In this document: positions 1-9,990 of the stretch, one piece after another | Numbering within the stretch: the stretch's first letter is position 1 | Layout: each line of letters begins with the position of its first letter | DNA from: Bellilinea caldifistulae | GTDB lineage: Bacteria; Chloroflexota; Anaerolineae; Anaerolineales; Anaerolineaceae | Direction of reading: 5' to 3' | Length of the DNA: 32,000 nt | NCBI RefSeq assembly: GCF_001306055.1 | Contig: NZ_LGHJ01000003.1 | Coordinates: forward strand, 22,989 to 54,988 | Program-made: the position numbers and the translations under genes | Notes under the pieces: model-generated | Seen by the model: only the letters and a program-made list of their open reading frames with translations | Database searches by the model: none | Told to the model about the DNA's origin: nothing

Positions 1-268
1 TGGGAGAGAACACGGCATTCAGGCGTTTGAACTGCCCCAGCGCCAGACCGGCCGGCGCGGCGGTGAGGACGGCCAGCAGAGTGCTGGCCACCACCCGCCA
101 CAGACTGGCAAGAAAATGACCGCTCAAATTCCCGTGACGGGTTTCCTCCCACAAGGTGACCAGCACGCGGCCCGGCGGTGGCAAAATCGGCTGGTTGACC
201 AGCATGGCAATCACCTGCCAGATCAGGAGCAAGCCGGCACTGGCAAGCAGCAAATCGCGGCGTTTCAT
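1..268 (-). CDS. ABC transporter permease (NitT/TauT, SsuC/TauC-like). Only the 5' part is in the window; the gene runs off the window start.
   Basis: Not in the ORF track because it is truncated by the window edge. The reverse strand from ATG (268-266) reads [78 protein letters not shown]... with no stop. This is a hydrophobic N-terminus typical of this permease family. ATGA start/stop overlap with the upstream ATPase gene. Confidence 0.7.
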   Translation of the reverse strand, partial: MKRRDLLLASAGLLLIWQVIAMLVNQPILPPPGRVLVTLWEETRHGNLSGHFLASLWRVVASTLLAVLTAAPAGLALGQFKRLNAVFSP

Positions 269-1026
269 CCTGCCTCCAAACGCTCGCGCAAGTGGCGGCA
301 CAGGCTGCGGTATTCGTCTGACTCGCGGTAGCCGGGCTGCAGGTTGAGCGGGTTTTCGATGATCTGCGCCGTGCGGTTAGGCGGTTGATTGAGCAGTAAA
401 ATTTTTTGCCCCAGCAGAGCGGCTTCTTCAATGGCGTGGGTGACCAGAATCAGGGTCAGTCGGTTTTCCTGCCAGAGTTCCAGTGTCAGGCGCTGTAAGC
501 CTTCACGGGTGGGGGCATCCAGCGAGGAGAAGGGTTCATCCATCAGTAAAATATCCGGGTTGAGTGCCAGCGTGCGGGCAATAGCAGTCCGCTGACGCTG
601 TCCACCCGAAAGTTCGGTCGGGTACTGCCCGGCAAAGGGCAACAAACCCAGCCGATCCAACCACGGCTCGACATCCAGCGTGCGTTGATAGTCGGCAGGA
701 GCGTGAACGCCATCCGGGCCGTAAAAATTACGCACCCGCAACCCCAAACGGGCATTTTCGCGGACGGTTGCCCAGGGCAGCAAGCCGTAGTCCTGAATGA
801 TCAAACCGGTTTGCGGTCGGGGGCGGTTGAGCGGCTGCCCTTCGACCAAAATCCTGCCGTGTTGAGGGCGCAGCAATCCGGCAATCAGTGAGAGAAGAGT
901 GCTCTTACCGCAGCCCGAAGGCCCAATCACAGCCCAGGCTTCAGCGCGCCGCACCTGCCATGAGAAGTTTTCGAAAATTGGCAGGGCGGGCTGGTAACCA
1001 AAAGTGATTGAGTCCAGTTCGATCAT
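265..1026 (-). CDS. ABC transporter ATP-binding protein (nitrate/sulfonate/taurine NitT/TauT family)
   Basis: Walker [13 protein letters not shown] signature LSGGQRQR, Walker [13 protein letters not shown]-loop VTHAIEEA. Sits between the binding-protein and permease genes. Confidence 0.93.
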   Translation of the reverse strand: MIELDSITFGYQPALPIFENFSWQVRRAEAWAVIGPSGCGKSTLLSLIAGLLRPQHGRILVEGQPLNRPRPQTGLIIQDYGLLPWATVRENARLGLRVRNFYGPDGVHAPADYQRTLDVEPWLDRLGLLPFAGQYPTELSGGQRQRTAIARTLALNPDILLMDEPFSSLDAPTREGLQRLTLELWQENRLTLILVTHAIEEAALLGQKILLLNQPPNRTAQIIENPLNLQPGYRESDEYRSLCRHLRERLEAG

Positions 1027-1078
1027 GGCAGTTTGCTAAAAAGGGGTGGCTTGTGACCACCCCTTCCTGATGATAATG

Positions 1079-2026
1079 CTACGGCAACAAACTCCCGTTG
1101 ACACAATCGGTGTAAGCAAAGTCTTTGTTGAGGTACCCTTTTTCTTTGACCCATGCCAGGGTGTCGTCAAATTGGGCCTGTGTGGGTACTCCCTTGAGCG
1201 GGTAAGTCGGCACTTTGAAACTTTCTGCCAGCGGGGCCGGCACCATCTTCTGGTCCACCATCAAACCGCTGTACTTTTGCGGGTCGGCATTGATGAGGGC
1301 AACGGCTTCTTCAATCGCCGCTAAAAAGGCGCGCACCGCCTGCGGATGCTGGTCAATGACGGCTTTACGGAAGGTGATCAGACTGAAAGAGTATTCCGGG
1401 CGCAGGGTATCATCCAGCACAACCGTTGCGCCTTGCTGGGCGGCGAGGGTGGAAAACGGCTCCGGCAGCATGGCGGCTTTCAATTCGCCGCTACCGAGCA
1501 GCGCCAACCGGTCGGGGATTTTGGGGATGGCCACCGTTTGAATTTCATCGGCGCTCAGTCCTTCGGCTTGCAGCAGCCGCTCGGTCAGATACTCGATGAC
1601 GGTCGCCTGCGAAACCCCTACCGGCACACCTTTCAGGTCGGCAGCCGTTTGAATGCCGCTGTCTTTGGCGGCCAGAATACGGAAGAGGGCTTGATCGGCT
1701 GTGGCTGTGCGGGCAAATCGGACAGCCTGCACCTGAATCTGATCCTGATTCAGGAACATGACCGAAGCCAGTTCGTTGACCATGCCATCGGCCTGGCCGG
1801 CTGAAATCAACTGATCGCGCTCGGGGGCCGAGCCAACCGGTATAAACTCCACGTTGACGCCGTTTTTGGTAAAGAGGCCTTCCTGCTGGGCAACTACCAT
1901 GGGCAAAACATCCAGAATGGGAAGGATGGCCACCTTGAGCGTGATTGTCTCGGTGGGCTGGGCCGGACTGCACGCCGAAACCAGCAGGGTAAAAAGGAGA
2001 ACCAGTAGAGTCAGTTTTTGTTTCAT
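1079..2026 (-). CDS. ABC transporter substrate-binding lipoprotein (NMT1/THI5-like, NitT/TauT family)
   Basis: Lipoprotein signal MKQKLTLLVLLFTLLVSAC. LKVAILPILDVLPMVVAQQEGLF...GQADG pattern typical of sulfonate/nitrate-type binding proteins. First gene of the minus-strand operon. Confidence 0.88.
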   Translation of the reverse strand: MKQKLTLLVLLFTLLVSACSPAQPTETITLKVAILPILDVLPMVVAQQEGLFTKNGVNVEFIPVGSAPERDQLISAGQADGMVNELASVMFLNQDQIQVQAVRFARTATADQALFRILAAKDSGIQTAADLKGVPVGVSQATVIEYLTERLLQAEGLSADEIQTVAIPKIPDRLALLGSGELKAAMLPEPFSTLAAQQGATVVLDDTLRPEYSFSLITFRKAVIDQHPQAVRAFLAAIEEAVALINADPQKYSGLMVDQKMVPAPLAESFKVPTYPLKGVPTQAQFDDTLAWVKEKGYLNKDFAYTDCVNGSLLP

Positions 2027-2041
2027 CCAGTTGATCCTTTT

Positions 2042-2107
2042 GAGCGATAGAGTATAGATGTCAGCGGGACAGGAAGTTCCGCTGCGGACGGTAATTATAC
2101 TCCGCTC
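2042..2107 (-). promoter_or_regulatory. Nested hairpin in the 5' leader of the ABC operon, function unknown
   Basis: GAGCG(ata)GAGTATA at 2042-2056 pairs with TATACTCCGCTC at 2096-2107. Inner stem CAGCGG(g)A / TCCGCTG lies at about 2062-2084. On the mRNA the element ends just before the AAGGA ribosome-binding site of the 2026 start. Confidence 0.3.
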
Positions 2108-2244
2108 TGAAAATTTAACTGGTCAAATGGCTAAGGCTGGTTGCTCCTTCAGCAGGATGAGATCAACCCGCCGCAGGAGTATATTCAACAAGGTCGTGAG
2201 GTGAGTCAAGCGCATTGCATTAAGCAGAAAGAAGAAGTGAAATC

Positions 2245-2826
2245 ATGCTGGATTTTCAAAATCCATTTCAGGATTCTTTCTCAAGCCCTAACGGACGGGG
2301 CAATCACCGGCATGTGGATTGTTTCAAGCAGGCTTTGAAGCTTTTTGAACAAGCCCGTTCTGCGGCGGCTCTCTACCGCCTGAAAAATGCCCTGCGCCGG
2401 CGAGTCGGCCGCCTGTTGGATCTCAACTGCCTGCCCTCCAGGCGGGTCAGCAACCGGCACTATGGCGGTATTCGCGCGGTACTGATCGAGCAAATTCACG
2501 GCACGCTTGGCCGCAGCGAGGATTTTGACGATCAATTTAATCCGCTGGATGACCGCAGTCGTGACCGCTGGGTGGCGAGTGCCATGCTGCGTTTTCAGGG
2601 TCAACCATTGGATGCCGTGAAACTGATTCAGGTTGGCGACCGGTATTTCGTCGAAGATGGGCATCACCGCATTTCGGTGGCGCATGCACTGGGGCAGGCC
2701 GTGGTGGATGCCGAAGTGACCGTGTGGGAGGTCAGCGGGGCGTTGCCGTGGGAGGCTGAGTACACCGCCGGAGAGGTATCCACCTGTTTGCCGGATGGAA
2801 GCGGCTTAGATCCCTTTGGAGCGTGA
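2245..2826 (+). CDS. ParB-like nuclease / sulfiredoxin-fold domain protein; start codon uncertain
   Basis: C-terminal half has VKLIQVGDRYFVEDGHHRISVAHALG, the DGHHR-type ParB N-terminal-domain motif. The N-terminal ~100 aa are basic and low-complexity, so the true start may be internal. Followed by a terminator. Confidence 0.6.
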   Translation: MLDFQNPFQDSFSSPNGRGNHRHVDCFKQALKLFEQARSAAALYRLKNALRRRVGRLLDLNCLPSRRVSNRHYGGIRAVLIEQIHGTLGRSEDFDDQFNPLDDRSRDRWVASAMLRFQGQPLDAVKLIQVGDRYFVEDGHHRISVAHALGQAVVDAEVTVWEVSGALPWEAEYTAGEVSTCLPDGSGLDPFGA

Positions 2827-2860
2827 AACAAATTGCCGGACAAGCCCTCATCTAATTGAA

Positions 2861-2901
2861 ACAACCTCTCTCAGCGGCGAGAGAGGTTGTTCTTTTTTCT
2901 T
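2861..2901 (+). terminator. Rho-independent terminator between convergent genes
   Basis: ACAACCTCTCTC (2861-2872), loop agcggc, GAGAGAGGTTGT (2879-2890), then TCTTTTTTCTT. Confidence 0.7.
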
Positions 2902-2936
2902 CGGGAATGGGTTGATGTTCGGCTATGGAAAGCGGT

Positions 2937-5321
2937 TTAGCGGATGCGGAAGCGGGCAACCAGCGAGTTGAAGGTGTTTGCCATGTCCTGAAGCGAACCG
3001 GCTGCCGCTGCCACTTCTTCCACCTGAGCGCTCATCTCTTCCACCGAGGCAGAAACCTCCTCGACGGCGGCGCTGTTTTCCTCGCTGACCGAGGCGATGG
3101 TTTCCACTGCCAGGCTGACTTCGTTGGAGCCGGCTGCCATTTGCTGGGTAGCGGCAGTGTTCTGGCTGACAATCCGCGAAACGGCGTCCATCGCGCTGAC
3201 CAGTTTATTGGCCGAGTGGTTGATCTGCTGGACGGCTTTGGAGGTCTGCTGAGCCTGATCCAGTACCACCTGGGCGGATTTGAGAATGCTTTCCAGCGCG
3301 CTGCCGGCTTCATCGGCCTGATGCACTCCCTCTTCGACCTGCTGGGCGCTGACCTGCATGGCAGCCACAGCCTCTCCAACCGTGTTTTGAATGTTCTGGA
3401 TCAAGGCGCTGATCTCGCGGGTTGATGATGCGGCCCGTTCGGCCAGTTTACGCACCTCATCGGCTACCACCGCAAACCCCTTGCCGTGTTCGCCGGCGCG
3501 GGCGGCTTCGATGGCGGCGTTGAGTGCCAGCAGATTGGTTTGGGCGGCGATTTCTTCAATGGTTTCGACAATCACGGTAATTTTTGCGGAATGCTCGCCC
3601 ATTTGTTCCACTTTTTCGGCGGAAAGCGCCACCTGATCACGAATCACTTCCATGCCTTTCAAGGTGGCATTGACCTTTTTTGCGCCGCTCTGGGCATATT
3701 CGGCGGCTTTGGCGGCTTCCTCACTGCCCGCCAGCGAATTTTCGGCGACATGCCGCAGCGCTTCGCTGATTTCGGCGGTGATGGCGGCGGCCTGTTCTGC
3801 CGCGGTGGCCTGTTCGCGCGACCCACGCGAAACCTCCTGAATGGCGTTTTCCATCTGATGAAAAGTGTTTGTCGTCAGGGAAACCGATTCGGCCTGCTGG
3901 GTGATACCGCGCGAAACCTGCTGGATGGTCGTGGCAATCTGGTTGGCAGCCTGGCCGGCTTGATCGGCAGCCAGCGTCAACTGACTAGAAGCCGAGAGGA
4001 GACTGGCGGCATTTTCGACGATCTGGGTGACCAGTCCGCGCAGATGAGTGGTCATTTGCACAAACGCCTGCCCCAGGCGGTCTTTTTCGCTGCGCGGCTG
4101 AACCTCGACCAGCAGGTTGCCGCTGGCGATCTGGCCGGCGACTTCGATCATTTCGCGCAGGAAGTCGGCGGCTTGCTGGGTTTCACGTCCCAAAATGCCG
4201 ATTTCATCACTGCGTTTGAGAACACGCTGGTCAAGGCGTAAGTCGCCTTCCAGTTCACCCCGCGCCATGTGCTGCAACGATTGGGTAACAGCCTGGAGCG
4301 GCTGGGTCAGGCTGCGGGAGTATTGTAAGAGTGCCCCGCCCAGCAGCAGGGCTGCCAGCACCACCACGACCGCCAGGGTGATCATCAGCGCCGAAACGCG
4401 CTGCTGAACCAGTGCCTGAGGCACGAAGGTGATCAACGTCCAGCCAGTGGCAGGGAGTTGAGCAAAAGCGGCGTACACCTGACCGGCGTTGCCAAACGGG
4501 TCTTTGATCAACCGATAGCCGTAAGAAGTGGTTTGGGAGTCTTCCAATATGGGCTGTAATACACCGCCGAAAAGCGAGGCGGCGTTGACTTCCAGCAAGC
4601 CCTCCACCGAGTCGGCTGCCAGCTGATAATCGTCAATGCCCAGAATGTTCCCTTCCCCATCGAAAAGAATGGCATGGGCCTGGCGGTTGTATTCTTCGCT
4701 GGCGGCAATCCCCTGCAAGACCTGATTGAGGGCTTGGGTGGAGATGTCCGCTGTGGCGATTCCCCAGAACTTGCCATCCCGATGAAATGGGACAGAGACG
4801 GTGGTCATCAGCACATTGCCTAGCCCCTCGTCAAAGTAGGGCGGGGTCCAGAAGGGTTTGGAAGTGAGTTTGCCGGGCGCATACCAGACGGCATCCAGAT
4901 AATCCTGATCGGTGGTAACGACGAAGGCGGGTTTGCCGTTGTCGTACCAGTGGTAGGTTGCCAGCAGTTCCTGGTCGGCCTGATAGGTGTAGGGTTCAAA
5001 GCCCGCCCAGGTGCCGTAAATATCCGGGTTGCTTTTAAGGATGGCGGCCATGCGCTGGTTGAGAAGGTCAAGATTGGGCTGGGGGTCGGCTTCGATACTG
5101 GCAGCCAGCTGAACCGGCACGCGGGCAATGGCAGCCAGAAAGCCGTCCATCTGATTGGCTTTGGCGAGGGTGTAGTCCATCAGGCCGCGCTCCACCTCGG
5201 CGCGCACGGCATTGGCACTGACCAGGACGCTGACGATACCGGAAATCAGCAGGACGACCACCACGCCAGCAAGAAGGGTCATCAATTGACTGCGGATTGA
5301 ACGATTGAAAAAGTTGAACAT
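2937..5321 (-). CDS. Methyl-accepting chemotaxis protein (double-Cache-like sensor, HAMP, MCP signalling domain)
   Basis: N-terminal TM helix and a periplasmic region with the Cache-like [34 protein letters not shown]. Second TM helix, HAMP, and the invariant signalling hairpin [34 protein letters not shown]. The ORF opens at 5336, but the ATG at 5321 (MFNFFNRS...) has a GGAG 6 nt upstream. Confidence 0.93.
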   Translation of the reverse strand: MFNFFNRSIRSQLMTLLAGVVVVLLISGIVSVLVSANAVRAEVERGLMDYTLAKANQMDGFLAAIARVPVQLAASIEADPQPNLDLLNQRMAAILKSNPDIYGTWAGFEPYTYQADQELLATYHWYDNGKPAFVVTTDQDYLDAVWYAPGKLTSKPFWTPPYFDEGLGNVLMTTVSVPFHRDGKFWGIATADISTQALNQVLQGIAASEEYNRQAHAILFDGEGNILGIDDYQLAADSVEGLLEVNAASLFGGVLQPILEDSQTTSYGYRLIKDPFGNAGQVYAAFAQLPATGWTLITFVPQALVQQRVSALMITLAVVVVLAALLLGGALLQYSRSLTQPLQAVTQSLQHMARGELEGDLRLDQRVLKRSDEIGILGRETQQAADFLREMIEVAGQIASGNLLVEVQPRSEKDRLGQAFVQMTTHLRGLVTQIVENAASLLSASSQLTLAADQAGQAANQIATTIQQVSRGITQQAESVSLTTNTFHQMENAIQEVSRGSREQATAAEQAAAITAEISEALRHVAENSLAGSEEAAKAAEYAQSGAKKVNATLKGMEVIRDQVALSAEKVEQMGEHSAKITVIVETIEEIAAQTNLLALNAAIEAARAGEHGKGFAVVADEVRKLAERAASSTREISALIQNIQNTVGEAVAAMQVSAQQVEEGVHQADEAGSALESILKSAQVVLDQAQQTSKAVQQINHSANKLVSAMDAVSRIVSQNTAATQQMAAGSNEVSLAVETIASVSEENSAAVEEVSASVEEMSAQVEEVAAAAGSLQDMANTFNSLVARFRIR

Positions 5322-5607
5322 GCTTGCTCCATTCATTGTGCAATTGGGTTGGTAAGGTTGGGAAAATCCCAGAAAAGCCGAGTAATCCGGATTTAACTTA
5401 ACAAAAGGAAAAAGCGGTGTCTATTAAGAAGGAGTAAAAGCGGCCTAAATTTCCCGTGAATCCGGCCCGGGTGAACAAAAAAAGACGGTTTAACCGATTT
5501 GAAAGCGCTTGCCGCGTGGATCAACTCCCGATGGATTGGCTTGGTGAAACATTTATAATTTTGGTAAAATAAATCAATCATATTCAAAGCGCTTGAGGAA
5601 GGTCGAG

Positions 5608-6423
5608 ATGCGAGGCGTCCCTGGAATGGTGATTTTCTTCCTTCTGGCTTGGCTGACTGCCGGCCTGCTGAGCCGTCCTGCAATTGCCCAGACCTTTCCT
5701 CAAACGGATATTTGCCAAACGGTTGTGGAAATACCTGCGTTTGAGTGTGAAGCGCTGGTGAGTCTTTACACGGCCACAAATGGCGACCAGTGGAATGATG
5801 CCGCTGGCTGGCTGGTGGAAACAAACCCCTCCAACTGGTTGGGTGTGACGGTGGAGGACGGCCATGTGAGCCGGCTCAGTCTGCCGGCCAACCAGTTGCA
5901 GGGCAGCCTGCCGTCCCAAATTGGTGCGCTTACCTATCTGACCGAACTCAATTTTCGGGATAATCAGTTAAGCGGGGCATTACCAGCGGAGATTGGTAAT
6001 TTAAATCATTTGACCATTCTCGATTTGAGCAGCAATCAATTGGGTGGTGGAATACCGGTTGGGTTATTTTCCCTGATTTCTTTGGAGTATCTGTACCTTG
6101 ACCATAATCAATTCAGCGGTGTGCTGCCGGCGAATGTCGGAAATCTGACTGCTTTGAAGGTATTGTGGCTGAATGACAATCTGCTGCTGGGCTTTCCACC
6201 CGACCGTATGACCAGCCTGACGGCTCTGTTCGACCCCGGTTCGCTCCCCCCCGCCAATTCGGATGGGTTGGACCTAAACAACAATCGTTTTTGTGTGCCG
6301 GATGGCTACCCGTTGGCAGGCAGTGCTTTGCATCAGTTTCTCAACCAGAAAGATCCCGATTTTCATCTCCATCAGACCTGCACCCCCATCTTTGAGGTGT
6401 TTTTGCCGATGGTACGGCGGTAG
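5608..6423 (+). CDS. Secreted leucine-rich-repeat protein (plant-type LRR with LRRNT-like cap)
   Basis: Signal peptide MRGVPGMVIFFLLAWLTAGLLSRPAIA. Cap motif ECEALVSLYTATNGDQWNDAAGWL...NWLGVTVEDGHVSRLSL. About six 24-residue repeats of the form LxxLxLxxNQLSGxLPxxIGNL. The ATG at 5608 is preceded by GAGGAAGG; the track start at 5593 is TTG. Confidence 0.85.
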   Translation: MRGVPGMVIFFLLAWLTAGLLSRPAIAQTFPQTDICQTVVEIPAFECEALVSLYTATNGDQWNDAAGWLVETNPSNWLGVTVEDGHVSRLSLPANQLQGSLPSQIGALTYLTELNFRDNQLSGALPAEIGNLNHLTILDLSSNQLGGGIPVGLFSLISLEYLYLDHNQFSGVLPANVGNLTALKVLWLNDNLLLGFPPDRMTSLTALFDPGSLPPANSDGLDLNNNRFCVPDGYPLAGSALHQFLNQKDPDFHLHQTCTPIFEVFLPMVRR

Positions 6424-6537
6424 GAAGGGGGAGGTTAATCAAAAATCACCCTTTTGCTTGTGGAATTTTTCTACCCGATTACTACACTTCGATTTTTGAA
6501 TATGCTACAATTTAACCGTCCCATCACATAGACGGAG

Positions 6538-6969
6538 GTGAATATGTCCACTCTGAAGACGACCCTGACCGGATACGCCGGTTATCGTGGACGGGAAGGT
6601 CATTGGGCCTTTCTTCTGCACCGGATTACCGGGTTGGGAGTAGTCCTGTTTCTCACCATTCACATTGTTGACATTGCTTTTGTTTATTTTCAGCCAGCGT
6701 TGTTCCTGGATGCGCTGGCGCTTTACCAAACCACGCTGTTTGGTATTGGCGAAATTGCGCTGATTTTTTGCGTGTTCTTTCACGGCGTCAATGGGCTGCG
6801 CATTGCCTACTTCGATATGTTCAAACCGGGCTTGTGGAGCATTGAGATGCAGCGCAAAACCACCCGCACCACGCTGATCATTGCCATCATCCTGTGGTTG
6901 CCGGCAGCGGTTTGGATGGTGCGCAATATCCTGCTTCATAATTACGGCATTGTCTTGTTTGGCGGATAG
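6538..6969 (+). CDS. sdhC: Succinate dehydrogenase cytochrome b subunit
   Basis: 143 aa, three TM helices, HRITGLGVVLFLTIHI haem-ligand region, GGAGG RBS. First gene of an sdhCDAB arrangement. Confidence 0.85.
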   Translation: MNMSTLKTTLTGYAGYRGREGHWAFLLHRITGLGVVLFLTIHIVDIAFVYFQPALFLDALALYQTTLFGIGEIALIFCVFFHGVNGLRIAYFDMFKPGLWSIEMQRKTTRTTLIIAIILWLPAAVWMVRNILLHNYGIVLFGG

Positions 6970-6978
6970 GAGGTTGAC

Positions 6979-7377
6979 ATGGCAGCGACAACCGAAACGG
7001 TACGGCGGGTCAAGGTCAAGCCCAATTATGAAATGATCGCCTGGAAGTGGATGCGCTACTCGGCCTTTGCGCTCATCCCGTTGGTGTGGATTCATGCCAT
7101 TCTGCAGGATGTGGTGGTGGGGGTGCATGCGATGGATCTGGGGTATGTGGCTGAGCGCTGGGCAAGTCTGTTCTGGCGGGTATTTGACGCCCTGCTGCTG
7201 GGTTTTGCCTTTGCGCACGGTGTGAACGGCCTGCGCCAGGTGTTGAACGATTTTATCCACGGCGAAAAGGGACGCAAAATCCTCAACTGGAGCTTGTTCA
7301 TTTTCTGGCTGGCAATTTTTCTGATCGGTGCGATTGCGCTGATCGGCGGCGTCAATCAACAATTTCCGCTGGAATAG
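6979..7377 (+). CDS. sdhD: Succinate dehydrogenase hydrophobic membrane anchor subunit
   Basis: 132 aa, three predicted TM helices, AFAHGVNGLRQV histidine region, AGGAGG RBS. Positioned between sdhC and sdhA. Confidence 0.78.
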   Translation: MAATTETVRRVKVKPNYEMIAWKWMRYSAFALIPLVWIHAILQDVVVGVHAMDLGYVAERWASLFWRVFDALLLGFAFAHGVNGLRQVLNDFIHGEKGRKILNWSLFIFWLAIFLIGAIALIGGVNQQFPLE

Positions 7378-7398
7378 CGGCAGGACGGGAGTGAGAGA

Positions 7399-9195
7399 AT
7401 GACCCAAACGCATGTGTTCGATGTAGTTATTGTAGGCGGCGGCGGGGCGGGGTTGATGGCGGCGCTGAATGCCTCGCGCAGCGCAAAAACTGCTGTTTTG
7501 AGCAAGCTTTATCCAACCCGCTCGCACACCGGTGCGGCGCAGGGAGGGATTGGGGCTGCTTTGGGTAACCTGGAAGAGGATCACTGGGAGTGGCACGCCT
7601 TTGATACCGTCAAGGGCAGTGACTATCTTGGCGATCAGGATGCGATTGAGTTCATGTGCCGCGAAGCGGTGCAGGCCGTTTATGATTTGGAGCATTTCGG
7701 CCTGCCTTTCTCGCGCACTGCGGACGGGCGGATTGCCCAGCGGCCTTTTGGCGGCCATACCAACAACCTGACCAAAAAACCGGTGCGCCGCTCGTGTTAC
7801 GCGGCTGACCGAACCGGCCACATGATTCTGCAAACGCTTTATCAGCAGTGCATCAAGAACGGCATCAATTTTTATGATGAATTTCAGGTGCTGGATTTGA
7901 TCCTCTCGGACGGCAAAGCCGCCGGGGTGGTGGCGGTGGAACTGGCGACCGGCGAGCTGCATGTCTTTCACAGCAAGGCGGTGGTGTTTGCCACCGGCGG
8001 ACACGGGCGCATGTGGGAAATCACCTCGAATGCCTATGCCTACACCGGTGACGGTGTGGCCATCACCCTGCGCAATGGCATCCCGGCTGAGGATATGGAG
8101 TTCTTCCAGTTTCACCCCACCGGCATTTACAAACTGGGTATTCTGATCACCGAAGCGGTGCGCGGCGAAGGGGGCATCCTCTTCAATGGTAAGGGCGAAC
8201 GCTTTATGGAGCGCTATGCGCCGACCATCAAAGACCTTGCCTCGCGGGATGTGATCAGCCGGGCGATTTACCTTGAAATCAAAGAGGGGCGCGGAATCAA
8301 CGGAAAGGATTATGTTTATCTGGACGTGCGCCCGGAGACGGTTAACAAATATGCCGAACTGGACGGGCGTACCCGCCCGGACGGCACGCCCTATCGGGTT
8401 ACTGCCGAGGAAATTCTCTCCAAGATTCCGGACATTACCGACTTTTGCCGGACGTACCTTGGGGTTGACCCGGTGAAAGACCCCATGCCGATTCAACCGA
8501 CCGCCCACTATGCCATGGGTGGCATTCCCACCAATAAATACGGCGAGGTCGTGGTGGACGATCAGGGGACGGTGCTGCCCGGTCTGTATGCTGCCGGGGA
8601 ATGCGCCTGCGTTTCGGTGCATGGCGCTAACCGACTGGGCACCAATTCGCTGGTGGACCTGGTGGTGTTTGGAAAATACGCTGGCATTAAAGCCGCCGAG
8701 TACGCCAAAGGGGCAGATCTGCCACGTCTGCCGGCTGACCCGGATGCGGGGGTGCGCCGCCAGCTGGATAACCTGCTCAACGGCAGCGGACGCGAACGGG
8801 CTGCTCAAATTGGGCGGGAACTGCGCAAGGTGATGATGGATGATGTGGGTGTGTTCCGCACCGAAGAAGGCCTGAAGCAGGCAGTTGAAAAGGTGCGCGA
8901 GTTGCGCGAGCGCTACAAACAGGTGCGCGTCAGCGATGGCGGCAAGATTTTCAACACCGAATTACTCAACACCTGGGAACTGGGCTGCCTGCTGGATGCC
9001 GCGCTGGTCACGGCCGTTTCGGCGCTGGAGCGCAAGGAAAGCCGCGGCGCGCATGCCCGCGAGGACTACCCGCGCCGTGACGACGAAAACTGGCTCAAGC
9101 ACACCCTGGCCTGGCTGAATGAGGACGGCAGCGTCCGGCTGGGTTATAAACCGGTTGTGATTACCCAATATGCGCCCAAAGAGCGCGTTTACTGA
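7399..9195 (+). CDS. sdhA: Succinate dehydrogenase flavoprotein subunit
   Basis: FAD fold [15 protein letters not shown], covalent-FAD histidine motif [11 protein letters not shown], active-site HPTG and ...RGEGG..., C-terminal [11 protein letters not shown]. Confidence 0.97.
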   Translation: MTQTHVFDVVIVGGGGAGLMAALNASRSAKTAVLSKLYPTRSHTGAAQGGIGAALGNLEEDHWEWHAFDTVKGSDYLGDQDAIEFMCREAVQAVYDLEHFGLPFSRTADGRIAQRPFGGHTNNLTKKPVRRSCYAADRTGHMILQTLYQQCIKNGINFYDEFQVLDLILSDGKAAGVVAVELATGELHVFHSKAVVFATGGHGRMWEITSNAYAYTGDGVAITLRNGIPAEDMEFFQFHPTGIYKLGILITEAVRGEGGILFNGKGERFMERYAPTIKDLASRDVISRAIYLEIKEGRGINGKDYVYLDVRPETVNKYAELDGRTRPDGTPYRVTAEEILSKIPDITDFCRTYLGVDPVKDPMPIQPTAHYAMGGIPTNKYGEVVVDDQGTVLPGLYAAGECACVSVHGANRLGTNSLVDLVVFGKYAGIKAAEYAKGADLPRLPADPDAGVRRQLDNLLNGSGRERAAQIGRELRKVMMDDVGVFRTEEGLKQAVEKVRELRERYKQVRVSDGGKIFNTELLNTWELGCLLDAALVTAVSALERKESRGAHAREDYPRRDDENWLKHTLAWLNEDGSVRLGYKPVVITQYAPKERVY

Positions 9196-9208
9196 TGAGG
9201 AGGCAGGC

Positions 9209-9916
9209 ATGGAAGTTCGCATGAGGATTTTCCGCTTCAACCCGGAGAAAGACCGTAAGCCCCACTATGATGTCTTTACGGTTGAGGCGCAGCCGACCGA
9301 CCGGGTGCTGGATGTGTTGGAATGGATCCGCGGGGATGTGGATGGCACGCTGGCGTTCCGGCGTTCATGCGCGCATGGAGTTTGCGGTTCGGATGCCATG
9401 CGCATCAACGGGCGCAATTATCTGGCTTGCAAGGTGCTGCTGCGGGATTTGGGCACCACCGAAATCACAGTGGAGCCGCTGCTCGGCTTGCCGGTCATCA
9501 AAGACCTGATTGTGGACATGGGACCGTTCTTTGAGCATTACAAGACGGTGATGCCTTATCTGGTCAATGATGAACTGCCGGCTGACGGAAAGGAACGCCT
9601 GCAATCGCCGGAGCAGCGCGAGCGCTTTGACGATACCACCAAGTGCATTTTGTGCGCGGCCTGTACCACCTCGTGCCCGTCCTTCTGGTCGAACGGGCAG
9701 TATGTAGGGCCGGCGGCGATTGTCAACGCCCACCGCTTTATTTTCGACAGCCGCGATCAGGCAGCCGTTGAGCGGTTGGAAATTCTCAACGATCAGTTTG
9801 GGGTGTGGCGCTGCCGCACGGCCTTCAATTGCACCGAAGCCTGCCCGCGCGAGATCAAAATCACTCAGGCAATTGCCGAGGTCAAACGCGCCATCCAAAC
9901 CGGCCGGGTGGAGTAG
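9209..9916 (+). CDS. sdhB: Succinate dehydrogenase iron-sulfur subunit
   Basis: Three Fe-S cysteine clusters: CAHGVCGSDAMRINGRNYLAC, CILCAACTTSCP, CRTAFNCTEACP. The ATG at 9209 has a GAGGAGG RBS. The track start at 9170 would overlap sdhA. Confidence 0.95.
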   Translation: MEVRMRIFRFNPEKDRKPHYDVFTVEAQPTDRVLDVLEWIRGDVDGTLAFRRSCAHGVCGSDAMRINGRNYLACKVLLRDLGTTEITVEPLLGLPVIKDLIVDMGPFFEHYKTVMPYLVNDELPADGKERLQSPEQRERFDDTTKCILCAACTTSCPSFWSNGQYVGPAAIVNAHRFIFDSRDQAAVERLEILNDQFGVWRCRTAFNCTEACPREIKITQAIAEVKRAIQTGRVE

Positions 9917-9943
9917 GGTTGCATATTCCATAAGTCGCATTTT

Positions 9944-9975
9944 GCACCCCTTTCCTTGTCCGTGGAAAGGGGTGC
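9944..9975. terminator. GC-rich hairpin between convergent sdhB and the helicase gene (possible bidirectional terminator, no clear U-tract)
   Basis: GCACCCCTTTCC (9944-9955), 8-nt loop, GGAAAGGGGTGC (9964-9975). Confidence 0.4.
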
Positions 9976-9990
9976 TCTGACTTCATCGGC

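Noticed and set aside
2027-2244. TPP or guanidine-I (ykkC) riboswitch upstream of the NMT1/THI5-like ABC operon
   Set aside because: I could not find the conserved cores on the minus strand (CUGAGA / ACCUGAUCUGGAUAAUGCCAGCG for TPP; GGGA...ACGG...CCGAGAG-type elements for ykkC). Only a generic nested hairpin is present, reported separately at low interest.
6505-8808. 767-aa open reading frame on the minus strand
   Set aside because: It lies antisense to sdhC, sdhD and sdhA, which carry unmistakable motifs. Its translation is low-complexity (H/R/G/A-rich) with no recognisable domain. This is the typical stop-free antisense frame of GC-rich coding DNA.
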